Assembly (NCBI GenBank): GCA_051294375.1
Contig: CM119267.1
Location: 7,323,205-7,387,204, forward strand
Direction: 5' to 3'
Origin: Paraspadella gotoi
Lineage: Eukaryota > Animalia > Chaetognatha
DNA length: 64,000 bases
The notes beneath the pieces were generated by a model. That model saw only the letters and a program-made list of their open reading frames with translations. It ran no database searches and had not been told where the DNA came from. How positions within the stretch are numbered: the first letter of the stretch is position 1; every line of letters begins with the position of its first letter. The translations under genes and the position numbers were made by a program. Shown piece after piece: positions 48,438 through 59,300 of this stretch.

Positions 48438-48735
48438 TTTACATTTTAGTTTCAGCTTACTCTGCTAACTAAGCTAATGGTTTAACTATTTCTGAACTGT
48501 GACTGAAGAAATTTAAATAAAATGGCAAACTATAAAATCAGTAAATCAATAATAAAAATCCCGTAATTATATAAACTAATTACAAAAATAAATTTGACTG
48601 TCGTAAACTTTGATATAAGTGAAAAAATCGATGATACATAATTAGCGCTTTAAATCCAGTCTTTTTGATAAGAGAAAAAAATCAACGAAGGACGACAGAG
48701 CGAAGCGAGCTCGCATTGCAGCTGTACCTACAACG

Positions 48736-48780
48736 ATCTGTCTTTCTTGGTCAGCGACTGATTGTCAAGAAAAACTTCAT
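48736..48780 (-). promoter_or_regulatory. SECIS element (type II) of GPx-A
   Basis: AUGAA-guuuuucuug-ac-AA-ucag(ucg)cuga-c-caagaaagac-AGAU in the 3' UTR. Confidence 0.85.
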
Positions 48781-48941
48781 CCGAACTCTCGAACTCAAGC
48801 CGTTCAAAAATAATTTATAAATAAAACAAAATTTTTTGGCATCGCAGTTAATAATCTCAAAGATTTGGTAAATTCTTATATCTCTACCCCCCCCCCACCG
48901 ATTTCGTGAAGCAGAACGAAATTTTCCTCGTGTTTTATAAT

Positions 48942-49584
48942 TCAAAGTCCCAACGCCGTTTTGATATCAGGTTCCATGGAGGACGGATTCTCTTTGGGTC
49001 CATACCGCTTGATGGGCCTCCCGGTAGAGTCGATAAGGAACTTGGTAAAGTTCCACTTAATGGCATCGAAGAGAGTTCCGCCTTGCTCCTTTTTTAGGAA
49101 TTTCCATAAAGGATGAGCGTCGTTGCCATTGACTTTGATCTTTTGAAACATGTTGAACGTGACGCCGTGAGTGGATGTTGCATAAGCTTTGATCTCCGCG
49201 TTCGAGCCCGGTTCCTGGCTGCCAAACTGGTTGCACGGAAAACCGAGAATACGAAGTCCGGAATCAGCGTACTTGCTGGACGTGAAAAATGACAATGATT
49301 TCATTTCAGGTTTAAACCTTGATGCGATAATCCTTTCTGATGAAGGCTTGAAATAGCAAGCCGAAACATGTCCGTCTCTTAAAAACCTAATATAAAGCTT
49401 ACCTGTACAGAGCTTGTAGCTGATCATAGTTTGTTTTGGTTAAGCCTCATTGAGTTGCAACGTTGACAATGACACAGACCTTATCTCGACAGATATCGCC
49501 AAGATTAACTGGATTTCCATCAATGTCGTTTACAGTAAAATCGTAGATGGATGTTGCGTCACCCATTTCCGCCATGGTGGACAT
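48942..49584 (-). CDS. Selenocysteine glutathione peroxidase A (GPx4/PHGPx-like), 2 exons
   Basis: [22 protein letters not shown] with in-frame TGA at 49447-49449, [21 protein letters not shown]. Alternative ATG at 49575. Confidence 0.93.
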
Positions 49585-50022
49585 AGACAAAGTTTTAAAG
49601 TTTTTGCAAGAAAGTATCACTCGAGTATTGAATCGACAAATAACTCTTACTGCGTGTATAAGGGTTACTGTAATAAAAACAATAAAAATAATATCCTTAT
49701 TATTGAAATACGGAATGTATTACGAAATACAAAGAAGCAGTATTCGTTTTGTAGCAAAGTAAAAACTTAAAGTAATTTAAAAATTACATATAACGAATCC
49801 ACCAAAAAAGGCACCGAAAAACATTTAAAAAGGATTTAAAAAGGATATAAAAAGGAAAAATATATTTAAGCAATGAGTAGGTCTCGCTCCCCAGAATTAA
49901 AAATACTACCCTAAAACACGATAAAATATACCTTGTACGAATCTTGTATAATGTATAAGGTTACACAAAACAACAGCACCAAACAGCGCGTTAATGTTCT
50001 CGCTGCAGCTGTATCTGCAATT

Positions 50023-50067
50023 ATCCATCAACCTCGGTCATGAAATGATTAACGAGGAAAACTTCAT
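50023..50067 (-). promoter_or_regulatory. SECIS element (type II) of GPx-B
   Basis: AUGAA-guuuuccucg-uu-AA-ucau(uuc)auga-c-cgagguugau-GGAU. Homologous to the GPx-A SECIS. Confidence 0.78.
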
Positions 50068-50117
50068 TCGAACTCACGCTACTCAAAAGTAACATTTATA
50101 ATTCACGTTTAATACTT

Positions 50118-50689
50118 TTAAACACCCAATGCTTTCACGATTTCTGGTTCCATACTCGATGGGTTATCTCTCGGCCCATATCGCTTGATGGGCTTTCCTG
50201 CTCTATCGACGAGAAATTTAGTGAAATTCCATTTGATGGCATCAAATAAGGTTCCACCCTTCTCTTTCTTGAGAAACTTCCACAGTGGGTGAGCATCGCT
50301 TCCATTGACTTTTATTTTTTGAAAAAGATTGAATGTGACAGAGTGAGTGGAGGTGGCATACGCTTTGATCTCTTCTTCCGTTCCTGGTTCAAGGTTGTTG
50401 AACTGGTTGCACGGAAAAGCCAAGATCAGGAGTCCCGATTCAGCATACTTGCTAAAGGAGAGAAAATATTTAATATTTTTCACAGGCATCGGGAAATTAA
50501 TTCTTTTTTTCTTCACCTATACAGTGCCTGTAGCTGATCATAGTTGGGCTTGGTTAAAGATCAGTGCGTTGCAACATTAACGATGATGCAGACCTTGCCT
50601 CGACAGAGGTCCCCGAGATTGACCTCATTGCCATCAATGTCGTTGGCGGTGAAGTCATAAATGGTTTTAGCCACATTTTTTTCCGCCAT
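50118..50689 (-). CDS. Selenocysteine glutathione peroxidase B (GPx4-like paralog), 2 exons
   Basis: TIYDFTANDIDG..VNVATH-U-SLT with TGA at 50561-50563, [21 protein letters not shown]. Confidence 0.92.
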
Positions 50690-51062
50690 CGCAAAACAAT
50701 AAGTGTCAATTATAACTCATTCAAAAAAGTCAATCTGGAAGGAATTTATTTTTTGTTGTTAAAAGCAAGACACGCATAAACATTTCAATCGTACCTGGAA
50801 ATGTAACAAAATAAAATAAAATATATAATTGCATTTAAGGCAAGATTAATTGTGAAATCAATTGCGATTTCATGCGAATGAACCAAATCCAAAAAGGCGG
50901 GTGAACTTTGTAAAGAAACTAACTAATAAATAGAAGACGAGATCTCATTTGTAGATAAATTATAGTAGCTATTTGAAGCATTTATACAGAAAAATACTTT
51001 CTATCCAACTAACTATAACACCGAAAAAAGATAATTTTTCGACGTGTCTGTACACACGCGAA

Positions 51063-51105
51063 ATCAAGCTCGTCTCATCGTAAAGGTTTAAAGACAAGCT
51101 TTCAT
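51063..51105 (-). promoter_or_regulatory. SECIS element of GPx-C
   Basis: AUGAA-agcuugucu-uu-AAA-loop-agacgagcu-UGAU, the canonical AUGA/AA/GA pattern. Confidence 0.88.
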
Positions 51106-51324
51106 GCAAAATTCCCTTTTTTGGCGTCAGAAACCGGCTATCGTTCTTCGCATGCCGTTGACAATTGGACAATGGACATGTCCCTAAAGTTAGGCACTAA
51201 GAAAATAAATTATCAGTTAGATTATTCTATTTATATAAGCGAAAGAAATAAGTGGTTGGGTTGCGACGAGGTGCAATTTGTGTTTCGACAAGCAGCACTA
51301 CCACCATCTTCCTCCTCTCATCTT

Positions 51325-52555
51325 TCAGCGGGTCACCTTCAGCAGTTCCTCAATTTTGGCCTCCATGGATGAGGGAGGTTCTTTAGGTTCGTAGCGCTCA
51401 ACCACGATTCCTTTTCGATTAATTAAAAATTTGGTGAAATTCCACAAGATGGCCCCGCTGTCTTTGGTCAGGTACTTCCACAAGGGGTGAGCTCGAGCGC
51501 CGTTCACACGAATTTTTGAAAAAAGGTCAAAGGTGACTCCGTAAGTGGATTTGACGTTCTCTTTGATTTCCGCGTTAGAACCTGACGAAAATTGAAAAAC
51601 CGCAACACGTAAGAATATTAGTCCGAGAATATAAAAATGGTAATGACTAAAGAGTCGCGTGATAAGAGTCAAATGACCATTGAGTCATAATTTTTATTTA
51701 CCTGGTTCTTGATTTTTGAACTGGTTAGACGGGAAAGCTAAAACGCGAAGACCGGGTTTACGATCGGAATAGTTGCCGTACAGAGCTGCAACGTTAAAAA
51801 GACCATTACAAACGGGTTGGGCAAAAAAATAGTAGGACCTCCTCCCGCGCGCGTCACACCTTGCAATTCCAGGTAGTTGGTCTTCGCCAAACCTCATTCT
51901 GAGGCAACGTTGAAAATGACTAAGACTTGACCCTTGTACTTGGAGCCGCCCAAATGGACGACGTTGCCGTCTATGTCAAGGGCTCTGAAGTCGTAGACGG
52001 AGGAGGCGTTTTTCCAAGGTTGGTTATCGATGAAGTCGGTCGAGTTGATCGGGCCCGAACATCCGAGGTCGAGGATGGGACAGACCACGTACCTGTTCCG
52101 GAAGACAAAAGCGTCAACTCGGATCGTCGGAGCTTGTACTACAATTATATTTGTATGGCCCATATGGTTACAGTTTTTAATAGGGAAACAAAAACTAAAT
52201 AAATAAGAAATGGTTTTTTGAGAGTGGTCGTAGAGAAGAAATTGAATTATTCGGGTTTTGAAAGTGAAGAAAAAATAAATATACTAGATGTTATTCATAT
52301 ACTCATCCCACGGGCAGTATATCTCTACAGTAAACATTAGTATTTAAAATAAATTATTGCAGAAGTTTTCACGCACCATATCAAGACCCCTAAAAATATT
52401 AGCGCGACGACGACGACGATGGCGATGGCGACGCCCAAACAGATTCGCAAAGGCTTTTTGTTGAGGCAACACTCGTCGGGGTCCGTCTTTCCACGTCCGT
52501 CCTTCAACTGCACGCGAGTCTCGTCCACGAAAACGTCCTCGTCTTCGTCGGACAT
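51325..52555 (-). CDS. Selenocysteine glutathione peroxidase C with N-terminal transmembrane anchor, 4 exons
   Basis: Exon 1 [29 protein letters not shown] splices in phase 2 to [28 protein letters not shown] (TGA 51894-51896). [22 protein letters not shown]. Confidence 0.85.
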
Positions 52556-52979
52556 CGTTTGTAATTTTAAGATCGACGTAGTTTTAGTTTTCACATCGCG
52601 GAATGAATATAGAGTATTGGAAAGCGATGCCGATGGTTTTAAAACATCTTTTTGAACTGGGTGAGATGTCGAAACGTAAAATAAAAAGGCACTAGTGATG
52701 AGACGTGTAGCAGCTTCACAGAAACCAGCACCCAACCCAGCACAAATAAAAAAAAAAACTTAAAAGACAAAAGACAGTCGTTAGTTCAGGATATCAAAAC
52801 CTATTCCGTTGTTAACGTGAGTAACTTTAATTAAACGAACGAACTTCGATTTCATTCTAAAATCAAAGAAGAAAAGCAAACGGAATAGTTTTATAAAAGT
52901 AATATGTAATTCATGTAAAAATAAAAGACACGAAAGAGAACAATACGTAAAAAAACTATAAAGAATTAAGAAAAAAAAA

Positions 52980-53656
52980 TTAATCAGACCATTCTTCCTC
53001 AGAGTCGATGCTTTCGACAAACGCGTCGGGATCGTCGAGAGTTTCCGGGTCGAGATTCGGATTTTCGGTGACGAACTTAAGTTTGACGGCGGCGAGCGGC
53101 ACGCCCAACTGTACCATCTTGAAGTATCGCCCGTAGCTCGGGTGTTCCTTGGCTCGAATCCGCCCGGTTTCAGTTGCCGGATCCACCTCGGGGTTGGAGA
53201 TTGTTTGCTCGATCGCGTCCGTGCCTAAATCTTCGGGAGGATTCGTCCTCATCGTCGTCCTCGTCGTCGTCGTCGTCCCGGCCCCTTCGTCGGAGCGAAT
53301 CAGATTCTCCTTCGGATCGTCGACGTGGTCGAGCCCAGGAACGGAATCGAGTTTAGCCTCCAACACGGAGAGCGTCGCCTTCGTCCTTTGGATTCTAACG
53401 TTTACTTCGTTGAGTCTATAGAAACGATTGAGAGGGGACGAGAAAGATTTTTTATGGGGCTCGATTCGCCACTGCAACCCTAAAAAATTAGCACGAGAAC
53501 TCACTTTGTCTCGCAAGAAACTGCGAATCGGTTGAGAAAATCAACTGTGTGGGCGACGAAATGGTTGATGAAGCACAGAAGGCGACCCGAGGCAAGAGCC
53601 TCCACCGAACGCCAGTCGATCGGTGGGCTTACGATCGGAAGCCCTTCCGCGTCCAT
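52980..53656 (-). CDS. WASHC3: WASH complex subunit 3 (CCDC53), 2 exons
   Basis: MDAEGLPIV, FINHFVAHTVDFLNRF, LEAKLDSVPGL, HPSYGRYFKMVQLGVP. Confidence 0.93.
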
Positions 53657-55055
53657 GGAATACGACCAAAGTCGAAAAAAGTTATTAAAATTTAGCGGGA
53701 AAGTTCCTAGCTCTTTTGGCTCGGCATCAAATCGTAAGACTCCTAAAATATGAATTTTTGGCAAGATGAAGCTTAATTGTGCGACGACATCATGCGAGGA
53801 TTACGATACCAAGTCAAAATCAAAAGAAAACACGAATTTGACGTTTGAATCTCATTTGTCGTTTCAATTTGATTTAGTCAAAGACAAACGCCTTCTGCAT
53901 CAAGATTTTTTATCTTCTATTCTTTAGTAAAGGGAAATTATTCAGAAACCATTTTAAGTTTTTTAACAATTCCATCCGTATACGAAATAAATGATGATTT
54001 TAAAATGTATGACACATTTAAATAATGATTAATGATAATGGAATGAATATGAATAGTGATTTACAATTAACGAATAAACGATAATATAAAATGTCAAGAA
54101 AAGAGTAAAAGTTGCTCGATCAGCATCAACTAAACTAAAAAAGAATAAACATTTATAGAAAATTTGTGACTAGAAAAAACTTTCACATCCGTCATTTCGT
54201 AACGATCTGCCTTCTCTTGATGTTAATTCATAGGAACGCTTCGTTTTTACCTAAAATGTCATAAGTGAATAGGACCAAGTAAAGCACCTTTATAAAGTTA
54301 ATAATATAATTCTATATTAAATTTAAAATGAGATATATATTTAATATACATAATTTATCACTTATCGTTAAAAGCATTTTAAATATAAAATTATTTCTAA
54401 CTAATACGTTTACATGAAGTTTTTTAAATTTTTAAGTACAAAATTATATTTATTTATAAACTTATCTTTATCATAAATGAAAGCCCCCTAATAAGCTGAG
54501 CAAGCCCACATCATGATTTTTTTTATTTACAGAGAATAAAAAAATACAAATAAAAGGTAAGAATTAAAAAGTCACAACACAAACAACTAAAACCTAAAAT
54601 GTGAATTATAAGACGAATTCAGTCTTATGAATAATAATGACAAAATGTTTAGTGTTGTTTAAAAGGGTAAATTACCATCCCAAATTTGCCATATTCGTGC
54701 AAAAATAATAAAACAAAACAAAACAAAACAAAACAACTTAAGTAAAAACCCAGCCAAATCAAAAAGAATTGAGAGAATAATATGAGAGTCATAAATTGCA
54801 CAATTGAGATCAGTAATTATTTGATTCCAAGTCTATCCCACTCTCCTATTATTCAATGTATTAATTTGGCCTGAGAGAGGGTTGACTCGAGAACAGTGGA
54901 ACGACAAAGCTAACGTGAAGCAAGGGAGATGAAATTGTGAGGGATGGATTCATACGGACACGAAATATGATGAATGGGATAAAATGCGACGTGATTAAAA
55001 TGATTGATGGAAAAAAAAGGAGAGAAATGTGGTTTGAGTAAATCTCTTTTTTTCT

Positions 55056-56001
55056 TTAATTAGATTTTTTCAAAATCATATCCTTGACTTTGGCGACGAT
55101 TCCGGAAATGTAGGCGTCGACGATTCCGTGTTTCTTTGCGCCAGGGTAGAGAGCGACTAAAATTCGAAAAAAACATGGCGTCAAATTTAGTCTCATTAAT
55201 TTTCATTACACGAATAGCGAAATACTCACATCCGAGAACCACGAGATAAAGAGTGAAATGGTCACCGAAAGTAGATCCGATCCAGGCGGTGAAAAGGAGA
55301 ACAACGACAGCGAGCACTAAATACATACGCGGCCTGTCGCTTTTTATTTTGAAAATTCCTAGAGAAAAAAACAAGACGATCGTTAAGTCTTCTTTTAATT
55401 CTCGTGATGAGGTTGAATAATCATCCCTTACAGTTGACATCTTTACTCTTACAGTTGACATCTTGACATCTTTACTCTTACCGGCCACAAAGGCTTTTGA
55501 ATCGTTCTTGAAATCCACCATCGTCTCACAGACAACTTGGAAGTTGTTCTCCTGAAAATATTTGAATTTTATAAATAAAATTCGCATTTAAATAAGTTTG
55601 TTGATCCCGACGGATCGTAGGAATTCCAACTCACCTGGGCCGCGCTCCACTGATCCAATGGAAAAATTTTCGGCGCCAAAAGCGGAAGAGCGGCGTCGCC
55701 GAGACTCAGTAGCAGCAAATGCAGTGACAGCGCCGCGAAAAAAGTTGGATCAATGTACCACCACATAAAAAACTTGTCGAGACAAAAAAAATGGTCTTAT
55801 TATATATAGTTAACAAGCAGGATGTCGACGAGCAAAGCAACCCAACATTTATTTTACCTTGACCGTGACGATGGCAAAGATGATCCATGGGTAGAAATGC
55901 TGATCCCAATCGAAGAGGCTCTTCGCCAACACCAGCACCTCCTTCCATCCTTCCAGTGATCGACGCACAACATCCACCTCAGCGTCCCTTAACAGCGACA
56001 T
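55056..56001 (-). CDS. ARL6IP1: ADP-ribosylation factor-like 6-interacting protein 1, multi-exon
   Basis: SLEGWKEVLVLAKSLFDWDQHFYP, WYIDP, QWSAAQE, AWIG, YPGAKKHGI. Confidence 0.85.
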
Positions 56002-56362
56002 CCTTAACTCTTGGGAGTAGGTGCGTTTTGGAATTTTTGGGTAATCTTAGTTTAAAATAGAAGCGTTATTTTACTAGTTTTTTAATTGTGCAGTTTGCAC
56101 ACTTCGATATTTCAGAATCGTATATTCCGTCAAAACCTGCGAAGACAAAATATGGAAAATCCAAATTTGTAATAAAAACGGGAAAAACGATTTGGTAGTC
56201 GCAAGAATAAAAAAAGGCATTGAGTGAAAGTCTTAATGTATATTGTATAAAATGCGTACGATTGGACGGAGTAAAAAAAAAAACCACCCTAACAAAAAAA
56301 AAAAAACCAAAAAAGAATTGGACGGTTTCTAGCGATAAAAGTAATTGGCTCCTAGTCAAGAC

Positions 56363-59300
56363 TCAAACGTCGGCGATAAGATTGTCGATAAAGTCCCAAT
56401 CGATGTATTGACTCTCGTCGTTGGCCGACGATTCCTCTATGGTCGGTGGACGACTCGGGCCTTTTTTCGGACTCTCCTTCCTCACCTCCGGGATGACCGT
56501 GGTCGTTCGCGACCTCGAGTCCGATCTCGGTTCCAACTCGAGATGGGATCTCGACTCGAAATCCCTTCGGCCTCCGCGAAGGATTCGCTTGGCTCGAAGA
56601 TCGAGCGGCGAATCCCCTCCTCCGTCTTCGTCGAGGAAAACCGCGAAAATCCGCTCCGTTTCCTTCGTCGTCAGTTTTTCGCTTTTCGTCGGCGACGACG
56701 ACGACGCTTCTCCGGTTTTGACTCGAGCTTTGGAAGCTTTTCGTTCCGGACTGAAAATGGAGGAAAGAAAATAAAAGAAAGGTCTTTTGATCGAATGATC
56801 TTGAAAAAATCTTCAGGAAATGGGCTTCTTTCCGCCTCGCGTCATATCAACCTTAATTATGTTGGGAAATATATAAGCAATTAAGCATACCCTCGAATTT
56901 TGTTTTCATCTCTCCCGCGGTGTTCATTTGGCGACTTCAAAGCTAAGCTCGAGGCAACTCTAGCAGAAGGTCGAAGAATTACGGTGCGCGGGGCAGAAGC
57001 GGCTATCCGCTTCAAACGCTAAAAAAAAAAGAAACATTATTACCTATAATATAGGTAATAGGCTATATTTATAGGATGTGCTATAATATAGTATACGATA
57101 CCATGCTACGTATACAGCGTAACCAACCTCGGTGTAATTCAATGGTTTGTTTCTCGGTCTCCGCGCCACGATGGGATTTTGAAGGCGCACCAAATCCTCC
57201 ATTGGCTGGCGACGTCGCGTCGACGGAGTCGGCGGGGTGGGCAGCGCGAAAGGTGGGAGGACATCTTGTCTCGCCGATGCCCTGCCGCGTCGAGACCCAC
57301 CCTGACGACGCTGAGGCTGTGGGGGCTGTGGCGGCCGTGAAGAGCGAGGAATTGACAAAGAACGCGGTCTCGGTTGCCGATTACTGAAAGATACATTTTA
57401 TACATACATTAAATAACTTACAACAGTTGAGGGGAGAAACCCACTTAAGAGTGAGGATTTGGATTTCTACTTATTCTTGGTCTGTCAATAAAGATCTCGC
57501 TCTTTATCGAACTCACAAAAAACTATGGCATATAAATAAAAATAAATAAAAATAAAGATTCACTTACTCTGTTTTCCTCGTCGGCGGTCCGTCCCTCCTT
57601 CCTCGACCGAAACGCGTTTCTCTCTTCTGCCGCGCGTCGTCGTCCATCATCACGCGCATCAAATCCGCGGCGGCTTCGACGCGTCTAGTGAAGGCGTCCT
57701 CGTCGATGGCCCGAGTGGCGCTCGGAACCTCCGACGAAGGCCGCGTCGAGGGAAGAGCGACATCCCCGGCGCCGACCTCGGGTCTTTCCGGACTCGTTCG
57801 TCGCGAGTCCAAATCCTCATAAAACCAACGACGATCGAGTTCTGTCGATCCAGCGACGGAAGCGAAGGGTCGACTCGCAGGCGAGGGCGTCCGCAGCGGC
57901 GGAGATGTCTGAAGCGGCGTCGACGAAGGGACCCGAGCGTCTGCGTCGGCGAAACTTGGCATCGGGGACGAATGGAAAACGGGAACAAAGGCGGTTGAAT
58001 CGACGGCGGCGATCGACTCTGACTTGACACCAAGATATCCAGGACTCTCCCCTCCGGCAGTCCAGGAAGAGGCGACGTCGAAGGTGCGGCCAGCGGAATC
58101 GTCTCCCGCGAGGCGGAAAGTCTTGGTCGGAGAAGCGAGGCTCGAGAACTTCGTCGGCTTAGCACGGATATTTCCCGAATCCCGCGGTGGAGATTCGTAT
58201 GGAGTCTCCATCGTTGCCAACGTTATATTCACCGCTGGTCTAAAGTCGCTTTTTTCTTCTGTCATTTTGTGAATGAGACTCAGTATGCCCATTCCAACAG
58301 GTGGAGAGGTGTCGCCGATCCCGGGAACGGCGGGGACGGAGGTAACTGGCCGCGGTCGTAATTCCAAGGAATGTTCCGTTCGGGGATCAACTTTCAAAAA
58401 AGCCCCTCAATTCCTCGATCTGCTTCTCGATGGTTTTGAACTGGTCCGTGCCAGACTTGAACGGGCCCTCGATAGTGCCGGCACGCCCAATTCCTGGCTC
58501 GCACAAAACAGCGTTGATACGCTCTTTCCCCGACGATGCGAAGCCGGGATCGTGAAGGTTGGGTCGTAATTCGTTAAGGACCTCTTTGCGAATGGTGGAG
58601 GAGGCCTCTGCGGTTGAAGGGTGATCTCTCACGGAAATCAAAGTGACGTCTTTCGGTTTTGGCTCCGAATCTGGACCAGGTCTTGCGACGGAGTCGACGA
58701 TGCTGACCAGGCAACGAGATTTGTCGTCATCGACCGCAGCGGCTTCTGCGGTCATCGTCGTCGCCGCCAGCAACAGCGATGCGGGCGTGTATTCCGTTCG
58801 AGCAACGACCGGCAACATTTCAAGAGGTCGCGCTTTTGCATTTTTCTCCAGTAAAATTAGATCGTCAGTTTGTAGCATTTTATGCAGAGTTTTACTCCGA
58901 CATTCCGTCTGCAATTGTTTGTCTATAATAATAGATTTATTTTCGCGATTTTTGACGTAATAGTCGAAAGTTTTAACCTTATCAGCAGCCTTCACGGAAT
59001 TAGCCACGTGACCCATGGCCGCCGATATTCGGAACTGCATTTCCGCCGTGGTTGCATTATCGTGATTCGGCACAGTGCTTGCGGCCGAATAATTTTTAAC
59101 GGGCGACGTTTGCGTTTCTGAATTTTTCAGCTTGTGGGAAGATTTTTCAGGGATATCAGTTTGAAATGTTTTCTCTTCTTGATTTTCATTTTTTGTCTGG
59201 AGATTTTTATCAGCCTTTTCCCTTCCAATTTCATCGGTTTGGAGTATTTTGTCAATCTTGTCACTTTCCTTCAAGGATTCCTTAAAATATCCCATTGCAG

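Noticed and set aside
49447-51896. GPx pseudogenes with premature stops
   Set aside because: Each TGA sits at the catalytic residue and each gene has a SECIS.
52290-52330. Micro-exon in GPx-C intron 1 creating a second UGA
   Set aside because: Direct splicing to the acceptor at 52093 gives an uninterrupted frame.
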